DNA from: a virus
Taxonomy: Duplodnaviria; Caudoviricetes
IMG/VR virus record: IMGVR_UViG_3300021138_000150
Span: 1-25,993 of that record
Strand: one strand, 5' to 3'
DNA length: 25,993 nt
The position numbers and the translations under genes are program-made. Shown in pieces: positions 14,128-23,040 of this stretch; position 1 is the stretch's first letter; each line of letters begins with the position of its first letter. The notes under the pieces are model-generated. The model had not been told where the DNA came from and ran no database searches. It saw only the letters and a program-made list of their open reading frames with translations.

Positions 14128-15432
14128 ATGTCTAACCAAATCGTCACAGTAGCGGTCACGAGCCAAGCGGCCTCTGCACCGTCAAATTATCAGCAAAAAG
14201 GCTGCTTGGTTTCACAAGGCGGCACGACTTTAGCCCAAGGTGCAAGCGTATTTTTAACGCAACTTTCAGATTTAACATCTATCCTAGCTGCTAACGCCAC
14301 GATTGCCTCTTTGAGCTATGCATCAGGCACGGTAACAGTTACTTGCGATTCGACCTTAGGAGTGACCACAGGTCAGCAATTTGGTGTTGTGATTTCTGGT
14401 TGCACCCCTCTTGGATACAACGGCACATTTACTGCAACTTGCACTGATACCACCACGTTTACTTATCCATTGGCTAGTAACCCTGGTGTTGCAACTGTAT
14501 TCGGACTTGCTTCACTACTAGGTGAAGTTGAATTGGTTGCAATGGCTACGACTTGGTTTGCTCAGGGAAACAGCACAGGTGTGTATGTGTTGGAATTAGG
14601 CACAACCAGTTCAGCCACAGCAATCACTAACTTTTCAACTTATTTAACTGCTAATCCGCTTAACTATTATGTGTATGTCACACCTAGCGGGTGGGATACC
14701 ATTTCAGCCTTTACCACACTGGTTAATCAATATACCAGCGACACCGCGCAAACTTATTTCTTTGCGCCTGTTTCATTGGATACTTACACTATTTACAAAG
14801 GCATTAAATCTGTCTTTGCATGGTATTTGAACAGCAGTGTTCCAAACACCGAATGGGATGGTGCAGCGATGGCCTGGCAAGTATCAAGTGCTAAGCCAAG
14901 TGCGGCTTCCCAAGTGCCACCATTCTCGTTCCGCTATTTGTTTGGCGTAATACCCGCTGTTTTAACCAGCGCACAGCAATCTCAATTGAAAGCCGCTTAT
15001 GTCAATTGGGTTGATACTGCCGCTGAAGGTGGCATTTCTAACAAAATGCAAGTGTGGGGAACCGCTGGTGATGGCAACGATTTCTTGTATTGGTACTCAG
15101 TGGATTGGGTGCAGATTAATGCTAATACCGTGATCAGCGCAACCGTGATCAATGGTAGCAACACCACCAACAATCCTTTGTACTACAACCAGGCCGGTAT
15201 CAACAGATTGCAGGCAGCAGCACAATCTGTAATGAACAGCGCCATTTCTTTTGGTTTAGCCTTGTCACCTATCAGCGTAAATGCAACTGGATTCACCGCT
15301 TATGTCACTGCAAATCCTACCGATTATGCAGCCGGTGTTTACAATGGTTTGTCTGTCAGCTACACACCGACCACTGGATTTACTCAAATTACGTTTAACG
15401 TCACTGTCAGCAACTTCCCGATTGGAGTTTAA
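14128..15432 (+). CDS. Tail sheath protein (DUF3383-like) with an inserted beta-sandwich domain
   Basis: Y..DWVQIN........ING......L.YNQ.GI..L C-terminal sheath pattern; insert VTVT...GV.TG....ISG.TP.GYNGTF......TTFTY; followed by a tube-sized gene. Confidence 0.8.
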   Translation: MSNQIVTVAVTSQAASAPSNYQQKGCLVSQGGTTLAQGASVFLTQLSDLTSILAANATIASLSYASGTVTVTCDSTLGVTTGQQFGVVISGCTPLGYNGTFTATCTDTTTFTYPLASNPGVATVFGLASLLGEVELVAMATTWFAQGNSTGVYVLELGTTSSATAITNFSTYLTANPLNYYVYVTPSGWDTISAFTTLVNQYTSDTAQTYFFAPVSLDTYTIYKGIKSVFAWYLNSSVPNTEWDGAAMAWQVSSAKPSAASQVPPFSFRYLFGVIPAVLTSAQQSQLKAAYVNWVDTAAEGGISNKMQVWGTAGDGNDFLYWYSVDWVQINANTVISATVINGSNTTNNPLYYNQAGINRLQAAAQSVMNSAISFGLALSPISVNATGFTAYVTANPTDYAAGVYNGLSVSYTPTTGFTQITFNVTVSNFPIGV

Positions 15433-15436
15433 TTAA

Positions 15437-15880
15437 ATGGCTAATCCTTTAACGCCGCAAGGCACTTTAAACCGGATACGGGCCTCGGTAATCATCACTG
15501 ATTTCCCTGACCTGACTGTGACAAGCCCCTACATGGGAACTGATGGTGTTAGCCTATCGTTTACGGGTGAACAAACCAATCTGTTACCATCATTGACAGG
15601 AAACGTATTGTCTCCAGCCCCTTATCAAACAGCAGTTTTGAAAATGCACTTGTTGCGTACTCAAAACCTATCAAGTTTGTATAAGTTGCAAGTGGAAACT
15701 AATACGCTATTGGGTGACATAACAATCATTCCTGATAGTTCTGCATTGGCTAATTACATAGTTGGTAATTGTGCTTTGGTTGAAGTAGCTGAGTTGCCTT
15801 TCACGGGCCGTGATGCAGGTTTTATGGTCACGATCCAAGGCACTTACTACATCAACAATATTCTTTATCTCGGCGTTTAA
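15437..15880 (+). CDS. Tail tube protein
   Basis: 147 aa beta-rich protein between the sheath and chaperone genes. Confidence 0.72.
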   Translation: MANPLTPQGTLNRIRASVIITDFPDLTVTSPYMGTDGVSLSFTGEQTNLLPSLTGNVLSPAPYQTAVLKMHLLRTQNLSSLYKLQVETNTLLGDITIIPDSSALANYIVGNCALVEVAELPFTGRDAGFMVTIQGTYYINNILYLGV

Positions 15881-15884
15881 TCTT

Positions 15885-15898
15885 TCCCCGCAAGGGGA
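15885..15898 (+). promoter_or_regulatory. GNRA-tetraloop hairpin after the tube gene (mRNA stabiliser or pause)
   Basis: TCCCC-GCAA-GGGGA with no U-tract. Confidence 0.45.
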
Positions 15899-15918
15899 TC
15901 ACATAGGGAACCACCCCC

Positions 15919-16491
15919 ATGACTGATATTGCCATCACAGGCGAGTTTAATCTCGCCATTCCTGTTTTAGAGAATGACACACACGTTTTGTGGATACATT
16001 CTCGCCCTATCTCCAAAGAAATATTCAAAAAGTATTATTTGCCTTTATCCAAAGCATTTTCACAATTGCATGCGGAAGGCATCAATGTTTTGGCTGGCCC
16101 CAAAGTGGCAACTTATTTGCTTGAAGATATTGGTGATCAGTTAGGGCAAGGCACATTAATCCGCGAAGGATTTATTAATGAGATTCGCAGGATTACCACT
16201 TGCTGCATCTTCAACGGTACTAAGTGGGAAACGATGCCATTGGAAGTGGCGGCAAAGAAAAACAAGTTGTCTGATGACATTATTGAAGAGGCGGTAGCAG
16301 CAGCGATTTTTTTTACATTAAACTGGCACGGCCTACCGAGGCAGGCCAGAAAGATGATGATCCAGATGGCAGCCGATTTACACAATTGGCAATTGACATC
16401 GTTGCCTGCTACGGCGTGGGCCGATTCTTTGCCGATACCGATACCGGAAGAATCTACCCCGAAAGCGGAAATCTCATCACCACCGCATTAA
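15919..16491 (+). CDS. Tail assembly chaperone (G-like)
   Basis: Between tube and tape measure; contains a slippery T8 run. Confidence 0.72.
   Translation: MTDIAITGEFNLAIPVLENDTHVLWIHSRPISKEIFKKYYLPLSKAFSQLHAEGINVLAGPKVATYLLEDIGDQLGQGTLIREGFINEIRRITTCCIFNGTKWETMPLEVAAKKNKLSDDIIEEAVAAAIFFTLNWHGLPRQARKMMIQMAADLHNWQLTSLPATAWADSLPIPIPEESTPKAEISSPPH
16308..16349 (+). promoter_or_regulatory. Programmed -1 ribosomal frameshift signal
   Basis: T TTT TTT (16308-16314) in the correct frame, 8-nt spacer, hairpin CTGGC..GCCT-ACCG-AGGC..GCCAG (16323-16349). Confidence 0.65.
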
Positions 16492-16613
16492 CCTATTCAG
16501 CAGGCCCAGGTTTCACTGAAGTAATGAAAGCATTGGGCTTAAAATTTGCAGATGCGTTAGAATTCCGACAGAGGTATATTCTTAGAGATATTCGCGCAAG
16601 GGGCTTTCTGTGA
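16314..16613 (+). CDS. -1 frame extension of the tail chaperone (GT-like fusion, about 231 aa in total)
   Basis: The -1 frame is open from 16287 to 16613; its TGA overlaps the GTG of the tape measure gene. Confidence 0.62.
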   Translation, partial: YIKLARPTEAGQKDDDPDGSRFTQLAIDIVACYGVGRFFADTDTGRIYPESGNLITTALTYSAGPGFTEVMKALGLKFADALEFRQRYILRDIRARGFL

Positions 16614-18742
16614 CTGATTTACGCAGCGTCATAACGATTGATGTTCAAGCCGATACGTTTGCGGAATTCCAAGCCGCATTTGAGAAATATCGGAATGCGC
16701 TTAATGCCATGCCAGAACAATGGCGCAAGGTTATGGAAGGAGCGCAGAAAGCCAGCACTGCTAGTACATCCAACATAAAAAAAACCGCAGATCAAGTTGA
16801 TAAAGCACGTCAAAATGCCAAAAAGACTGACGATGAATTTAATCGTTTAAACAAAACCACTGGCAGTATTAAAAACAATATTGGCGATTCAACCCGCATG
16901 TTGGAAAGATGGGCGGGCTTGGGCCTGAGTATTGGATTATTAAGTTCAGCCTTTGGAGGCATGAAAGACTTAGCTTTAGGTGTGACTGAACAACGTAAGC
17001 AAGCGCGTGGTTTGGGAGTGAAAGCCGATGAATTAACTGCGCTTCAAAGCACAATTAGTCGATTTATTGATGTTGAAGGCGATCTGGAAAAGATCAATGC
17101 TGCACGTTATGACTTATCAAAACGCTATGCGTTTGGTGCGGTAGGCATCAAAGACTTTGAAAAAAAATCAAATCTACAAATATTGATGGATTTGATTCAA
17201 AAACAAAAAGAAATTGTTAAACAACCTGGCTTTACATTAGACCTTGCGCGTGCGCGTGGCTTTGGTGTATTGGGTTCAGAACAAGATTTGTTGCAATTAC
17301 GCGGAACAGGTAAGCAAAAGGATGTTGAAGAAAACGTAAAACGCTTAGATGAATTAATTGGTGAATATCAAAAATTAAGAGATCAAGCACCTGATACAGA
17401 GAAAGCGGGAAAAGCAGCGGAAGATTTTACGACAGCTTTGCAAGAAGCAGGTAACAAAGTAAGAAACTTTGTATTGACACAATTAGAACCATTTTTTACA
17501 AAAATTGCAGAATTCATTAAAACATTAGACCCAATGCAAGCCACATTAATTGGTTTGGGTTTAGGTTTAAGTGGCTTGGCAGTTGGTGTGGCTGCATTAC
17601 GAACATCATTAGGATTATTATTACCTAAAGGCGCAGTTCCCCCAGCAGCGGCCCCAGCAGCAGCCGCAGCAGAAAGTGCAGCAACGCGCACTGCAACAAG
17701 TGCAGCCGCAGGCGCAGGTGCGACAGCCGCATCAACCTCATTCTTTTCGCAGATGGGGAAATTTTTATTTGCGGGCGCACGATTAGGCTCATTGGCATCA
17801 GGATTATTGTATTCACCGGAAGCAGGAAAAGCCGATGAAGCCGCATTTATTGATGAAGAAAGAGAAAAACAAAAGAAAGCAAAGCGTGCGGAAGCAAAAG
17901 CGCAGGGATTAAAAGAAAGCACAGCCCCGCCTTCTCCTGATATTGATCTTTATAAACGATCCCTAGAAGGCGCACCACCAGAACTAAGCAAAGAAGAGAA
18001 AGCAGCAATTCTAAAAGGGCAAATTTTATATCCTGGGCAACCAGAAACAACAAAACCTGTACCGTTGCCACAAACCGTTCAGCCTATATCGGCAGATAAA
18101 AAAGAAGATCAACGCAAGATTGAAGATCGGCAAGCGCAAATTGAACGTGATTTAAAAGAAAAGCCAAAAGATGAAGCATCAAAACGAGCAAAAGAAATGG
18201 AGTTGTTTGCTGCTCTTGAAAAGCAAAACAATCTTCTTCCAGGCATGTTGGATGAAATCTACAAAATTGAATCTTCACGCGGCAAACAGCTATACAACAT
18301 AGAATCAAAAGCTGCTGGGCCATTTCAAATTATTCCAAAAACAGCAAAAAGTTATGGTTTAAGTAAAGAAGAAACATACGATTTACCAAAATCCGCAAAA
18401 GTGGCTGCGGATATGTTTAATCAATTAATGACTAAATACAAAGGTGATTTGGATAAGGTGTTGGCTGGATACAACTATGGGCAAGGTAAGCTAGATAAAT
18501 TATTGGAATCAGGTAAAACACTGCAAGATTTACCAAAAGAAACAAAAGAGTACATAAAAACATTTAGGGAAGAAATGCATCTTCCCCCTTCTTCAGCATT
18601 AGAACCACCTGCATCTAAGGCAGCACCGCAACCCACACAAGGTATGAATCAGCAGTTTAACCCCACAATCAACGTGCGTGTTTCAGCACCCGCAGGCACA
18701 TCGGTGGAAGTTAATACTGCACAAATGGCTAATTTCGCATGA
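16610..18742 (+). CDS. Tape measure protein with C-terminal SLT lytic transglycosylase domain
   Basis: Helical N-terminus with hydrophobic segments; IESS...AAGPFQIIP.TA..YG...LAGYNYG.G...ET..YI SLT motifs. Confidence 0.85.
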   Translation: MTDLRSVITIDVQADTFAEFQAAFEKYRNALNAMPEQWRKVMEGAQKASTASTSNIKKTADQVDKARQNAKKTDDEFNRLNKTTGSIKNNIGDSTRMLERWAGLGLSIGLLSSAFGGMKDLALGVTEQRKQARGLGVKADELTALQSTISRFIDVEGDLEKINAARYDLSKRYAFGAVGIKDFEKKSNLQILMDLIQKQKEIVKQPGFTLDLARARGFGVLGSEQDLLQLRGTGKQKDVEENVKRLDELIGEYQKLRDQAPDTEKAGKAAEDFTTALQEAGNKVRNFVLTQLEPFFTKIAEFIKTLDPMQATLIGLGLGLSGLAVGVAALRTSLGLLLPKGAVPPAAAPAAAAAESAATRTATSAAAGAGATAASTSFFSQMGKFLFAGARLGSLASGLLYSPEAGKADEAAFIDEEREKQKKAKRAEAKAQGLKESTAPPSPDIDLYKRSLEGAPPELSKEEKAAILKGQILYPGQPETTKPVPLPQTVQPISADKKEDQRKIEDRQAQIERDLKEKPKDEASKRAKEMELFAALEKQNNLLPGMLDEIYKIESSRGKQLYNIESKAAGPFQIIPKTAKSYGLSKEETYDLPKSAKVAADMFNQLMTKYKGDLDKVLAGYNYGQGKLDKLLESGKTLQDLPKETKEYIKTFREEMHLPPSSALEPPASKAAPQPTQGMNQQFNPTINVRVSAPAGTSVEVNTAQMANFA

Positions 18743-19440
18743 GTATTGTCACGAAAGTATTATTAAGTGTTTACCAACTGCAATATCAGATTGCGCCGAT
18801 ATTGTTTGTTAATGGAATAGCGAATGCTGTGGGCACAGGTGCCAACAGCAATCAATCGTTGCCAATCACGCATTTCACCGAAAACTTGCCAGTGCCATTA
18901 GGCATAACGCAAAACGGTGTAAACCTTTCTTTAGAGGACTTTTTTTGTCAGTTTAAACCTGCTGTTGGATCAACCTTACAAAATTGGCAAATTGCCAATT
19001 ACCCATTTGCTAATAGCACTATTGCAGCCAACGCAACCATTGCTCAGCCTTTGAATGTAAGTTTGATTATGTTATGCCCAGCGCGGGGATTAAATACTCT
19101 ACCCTTGCGGCAAGGAATTCTTACTCGATTAAAACAAGCGCTAGATGTGCATATTTTACAAGGCGGCACATTTACTGTTTTAACACCTGCTTATGTGTAC
19201 ACAAATTGCCTATTGGTATCTTTGCGCGATATTACCCCGCAGGATGACAAACAAGTTCAATCAGTTTACCAATGGGATTTTGTGCAGCCGTTATTGACAC
19301 AACAATCAGCAGCGCAGGCATACAACGGTTTGATGGCTGCCTTAGAAGGAGGCAATGTATTGTCTGGAACCGCTACAAACAGTGGGCCATTAACCACTGT
19401 TCCATTAACCGGTAACACGGGAACGGGGGCATTGCAATGA
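18739..19440 (+). CDS. Baseplate/tube-initiator protein (putative)
   Basis: First gene after the TMP, ATGA overlap; V.TP...YTN.L...L motif. Confidence 0.55.
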   Translation: MSIVTKVLLSVYQLQYQIAPILFVNGIANAVGTGANSNQSLPITHFTENLPVPLGITQNGVNLSLEDFFCQFKPAVGSTLQNWQIANYPFANSTIAANATIAQPLNVSLIMLCPARGLNTLPLRQGILTRLKQALDVHILQGGTFTVLTPAYVYTNCLLVSLRDITPQDDKQVQSVYQWDFVQPLLTQQSAAQAYNGLMAALEGGNVLSGTATNSGPLTTVPLTGNTGTGALQ

Positions 19441-19703
19441 GCGTAATTGTGCCTTTTAACCCCGTCAGTAATGCAAACTTCCAATTTGCACCGAGCTTGG
19501 ATGGAGCAACCTACACTGCAATTATCACCTGGAACGCGTTTGGTTTACGTTATTACATTAACTTGTATAGCAATCAAAACAAGTTGATATTTTGTCAACC
19601 TTTAATTGGATCACCGCCTGACTACAATATTAATTTAGCTGAAGGCTATTTTAATACTCCACTTATTTATCGCACGATGCCACAACAATTTGAGATTGGC
19701 TGA
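19437..19703 (+). CDS. Small baseplate protein
   Basis: 88 aa; F...LDG..Y....WN....RYY.NLY pattern; coupled to both neighbours. Confidence 0.55.
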   Translation: MSVIVPFNPVSNANFQFAPSLDGATYTAIITWNAFGLRYYINLYSNQNKLIFCQPLIGSPPDYNINLAEGYFNTPLIYRTMPQQFEIG

Positions 19704-20698
19704 TGCGGTATTACCAGATCAGAATTCTGGATGTAAACGGCTTACCCGTTAGAACTTGGTCATCATTGGATGATCAAGGTAATAATTTGGCGGGAGCATT
19801 GAATATTGAGATTGATGCACCTGTATTTAACTTTGCCAACCCTAATGGCAATAGTGCTGGTGGTAATGCAGCAGCGCACGTCACACTCTATGGAATCAGC
19901 CTGCAAGATATTGGAAGCGCTCAAAACTTTAATGATTTAACTTTTGAGCTAGAAGCGGGAATGACGCAAGGGCTACCATTGGCAAATCCACAGCAAAAAG
20001 GTGTAATTGTGTATGGATTGATCAACCAGGCTATTGGTAACTGGCAAGCAGCACTATTAACGCTTGATTTCTTTATTACTCCAGGTGCAGGTGGTACGGG
20101 TTCAATTAATTCTCCACGTAATATTTCATGGATATGGAAAGCGGGAAGCAGTTTAAAAAGTGCTATTGAAACAACATTGAGCGTGGCTTTTCCTGTTACC
20201 GATGGCTATAGTTATACGATTAACGTCAACCCTAATATTGTGTTGCCGCAAGAAGAAACGGGCTATTTTAGAACGCTGACAGAGTTTGCAATTTATTTAA
20301 AAACTACAAGTGCGGCAATCGTTGGTAATAATGGTTTAAGCGTTACAGTCAATCAAAAGAACATTATTGTGGTGGATAATACGCAGGCTTATTTAGCTAA
20401 AACCATTGATTATAAAGATTTAATTGGACAACCTTCATGGTTAAATATTGGCACGATTAGCTTTAAAACGGTGATGCGTGGGGATATATCCGTCAACGAT
20501 TATGTACAAATGCCCACCATATTATCTACAACCACAGCCAATAGTTATTCGCGCTACCGCGATACTTCAGCTATGCAAAACATATTCCAGATTACCCAAG
20601 TGCGTCATGTGGGGAATTTTAGGCAACCGGATGGCAATTCATGGTGTTCAGTCTTTAATGCCATAGCGGTGGGCACAGAGCAGGCTCCAGGCGCATGA
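19703..20698 (+). CDS. Baseplate hub protein
   Basis: 331 aa preceding the spike; LIGQP and F.I..VRH.G.FR...W C-terminal pattern. Confidence 0.65.
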   Translation: MRYYQIRILDVNGLPVRTWSSLDDQGNNLAGALNIEIDAPVFNFANPNGNSAGGNAAAHVTLYGISLQDIGSAQNFNDLTFELEAGMTQGLPLANPQQKGVIVYGLINQAIGNWQAALLTLDFFITPGAGGTGSINSPRNISWIWKAGSSLKSAIETTLSVAFPVTDGYSYTINVNPNIVLPQEETGYFRTLTEFAIYLKTTSAAIVGNNGLSVTVNQKNIIVVDNTQAYLAKTIDYKDLIGQPSWLNIGTISFKTVMRGDISVNDYVQMPTILSTTTANSYSRYRDTSAMQNIFQITQVRHVGNFRQPDGNSWCSVFNAIAVGTEQAPGA

Positions 20699-21372
20699 GT
20701 GACTTAAACCTTAAACAACCGGTTTATGCATCGCTGAATTCATTCACCGAAAGCAAGATTTCTAGCAACAATCAACTTCAGGGTAAATCTTTCCCATGTG
20801 TGGTCACTGCGATAAATCAGGGATTTGTCACGGTTTCATTTTTAATTACTGATCCAGTATTTACTTTGCCGCAAGTAACCGTGCCTATTGCCATGTCGCA
20901 ATATGTGCGTTTACCTATTCAAGTGGGTGACAAAGGCATTTGTATTTCAGCCGATGTGCGTTTGGGTGGGGTAACAGGTCAAAATAACTTTGGCTCTGAA
21001 CAAGTTACATTAAATTCACCAGCCAATTTGTCAGCATTAGTATTTATTCCACTGACCAGTGTGGCCTGGCAATCAGTCAATCAAAATCAATTAGTTTTGT
21101 ATGGGCCTAATGGCGTTGTCATCAGAGATTTTTCTAATAATGTTACGATTACCGTTGATTCTAGTGGTATTACAATCAACGGCAATATTACAATGACAGG
21201 CAACATGACCATTCAAGGCACATTAACAGTTGATGGGCAAATTAATACAACAGGCGATGTGATTGCACATTCCAATGCTGTACCGCCTTCATCACCTGTT
21301 TCACTTGAAAACCATGTGCATGGTGGCGTTCAAGGTGGTACATCATTTACAACACCCCCTACAACACCGTAA
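20695..21372 (+). CDS. Baseplate central spike
   Basis: N-terminal OB-like domain (LP.Q.GD.G), beta-helix repeats (INGNITMTGNMTIQG) and the HxH metal-binding tip SLENHVHGGVQGG. Confidence 0.85.
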   Translation: MSDLNLKQPVYASLNSFTESKISSNNQLQGKSFPCVVTAINQGFVTVSFLITDPVFTLPQVTVPIAMSQYVRLPIQVGDKGICISADVRLGGVTGQNNFGSEQVTLNSPANLSALVFIPLTSVAWQSVNQNQLVLYGPNGVVIRDFSNNVTITVDSSGITINGNITMTGNMTIQGTLTVDGQINTTGDVIAHSNAVPPSSPVSLENHVHGGVQGGTSFTTPPTTP

Positions 21373-21381
21373 GGAAAAAAG

Positions 21382-21717
21382 ATGCGTACTTATGGGCGGG
21401 ATACAACAGGTGCTTGGCAAGTCATTCAAACCAATCCGGTTAATGGTGACAATTCAATGGTTTATGTCACAACCTTGATTCAGAACCTATTGTTAAATAT
21501 TAACGAATCACCTTTTTATGCCAATAATGGTATTCCTGCACAAAGCGATGCCTTAACGCAGATGTATCCCGATTTAGCCGTTAGCCGGATACAGAGTCAA
21601 TTTTCACAATATTTTGCTAGTTTATTGATCACCAAGCAGAACACGACATACCCAGCTTACAATGTGAACGTCATCACACTTTTAGGTGCTACAGTTAGTG
21701 CCACAATCTCTTATTGA
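21382..21717 (+). CDS. Baseplate wedge initiator (gp25/W-like, putative)
   Basis: 111 aa after the spike; L.L...E.PF....GIP motif. Confidence 0.6.
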   Translation: MRTYGRDTTGAWQVIQTNPVNGDNSMVYVTTLIQNLLLNINESPFYANNGIPAQSDALTQMYPDLAVSRIQSQFSQYFASLLITKQNTTYPAYNVNVITLLGATVSATISY

Positions 21718-21758
21718 TAGGCTACAATAACGGAAAACCTCTCGCACAAGGATTCGTC

Positions 21759-22109
21759 ATGGCTGGATACCCAACAAACCCTGGTCAAGAAGTCATGGCA
21801 AACTCAATGCCGGTTGTGTGGGCATCGGATCAAACACCGGTTGCCAACCCAGCATTGATCTATAGTGGTCAACAAACGCTAAGCACATCTGCTGCGGCAT
21901 TACCCAATTATGCATTAAAGCAAACGCTTACGATCACCGCAGGCAGCAGCAACACGGGCAAAGTATTTATTGGCCCATCTGGTGTGACTAGTTCAACAGG
22001 TTATGTCTTATCAGCCGGTGGCAGTGTTTCTTTGACTGTTTCAAACAGCAATGTGATTTATGTTCTAGGCGCGAATACTTCAGATACAATTTCTTGGATA
22101 GCTAACTAA
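21759..22109 (+). CDS. Small beta-sandwich virion accessory protein
   Basis: SD AAGGA, ATG 21759; N.G.VFIG...V....GY.L..G.S....N...IYV pattern. Confidence 0.6.
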   Translation: MAGYPTNPGQEVMANSMPVVWASDQTPVANPALIYSGQQTLSTSAAALPNYALKQTLTITAGSSNTGKVFIGPSGVTSSTGYVLSAGGSVSLTVSNSNVIYVLGANTSDTISWIAN

Positions 22110-22119
22110 GGGCTAAGAA

Positions 22120-23022
22120 ATGACGATCACAAACGCTTACGTCAATCAGCTTACACCCGCCCCGACACCGCTTGCAGGTTCGTCATTGGTGGTTGTCACA
22201 ACAGATGGTGAAAACCTTCTTCAGACTACCCTTGCTCATTACTTTGATCCATTACTGATTCTTAACAGAAACGGCTTTACCGGTTCTGTCTCGGTGGTAT
22301 CTAACTCGCCGATGATTACTATTGGCACATCTGTAACGGGTGTGACCAAAGGTTTGAATGGTGCATTGACGCAAGCTGTTGCAGGTGTGGATTATGTTGT
22401 GCCATCTGGATCGGTAGCGTTTGCATCCAATTTAATAGGGGGTGCTGCACTACAAGTGCCTTATCAAACTGCTACAAATACAACCGCATTTGTTGCAGCC
22501 CCCACAGTTACCAATTCCTTTTTGTCTTATGATGGAACGCAATTAACCTGGACAGTAGGCGGCCCAGGCGGTTCCTATTTTGCTGGCACGGGTTTAACGC
22601 TAACAGGTAGTACATTTAGCATTACTAACACCGGTGTGACCGCTGGATCGTATGGTTCAGCATCATCAACCGTTACCCTTGCAGTCAATGCTCAAGGCCA
22701 GATTACGAGTGCATCAGCGCAGGATATTGCGATTAGTGCCTCTCAGATCACTTCGGGGGTTGTTTCTGTATCCCAAGGTGGAACCGGTTCAAGTTCTTTG
22801 ACCGGATATGTAAAGGGAGCAGGAACATCGGCTCTGACAGCGGTATCTCAAATTCCTTACACTGACGTTTCTGGTTTGGGAACTATGGCAACACAAAATG
22901 CAGGCAGTTTAGATATTACTGGCGGCACAATCAACGGAACTTCCATCGGGGTAACCACCACCGCTGCTGGATATTTCACTACTTTAAATGCAACGGGCGG
23001 GCTTTCCGGCGGGGCATTTTAA
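22120..23022 (+). CDS. Fibre protein A (T/G/S-rich)
   Basis: Fibre-type repeats (AGTGLTLTG, VNAQGQIT, GGTG, ITGGTING); ends GGLSGGAF. Confidence 0.7.
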   Translation: MTITNAYVNQLTPAPTPLAGSSLVVVTTDGENLLQTTLAHYFDPLLILNRNGFTGSVSVVSNSPMITIGTSVTGVTKGLNGALTQAVAGVDYVVPSGSVAFASNLIGGAALQVPYQTATNTTAFVAAPTVTNSFLSYDGTQLTWTVGGPGGSYFAGTGLTLTGSTFSITNTGVTAGSYGSASSTVTLAVNAQGQITSASAQDIAISASQITSGVVSVSQGGTGSSSLTGYVKGAGTSALTAVSQIPYTDVSGLGTMATQNAGSLDITGGTINGTSIGVTTTAAGYFTTLNATGGLSGGAF

Positions 23023-23040
23023 TCTTTAGGAGATATTCTC

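Noticed and set aside
16386-16613. Independent 75-aa gene starting at TTG 16386
   Set aside because: No SD; better explained as the -1 frameshift extension of the chaperone.
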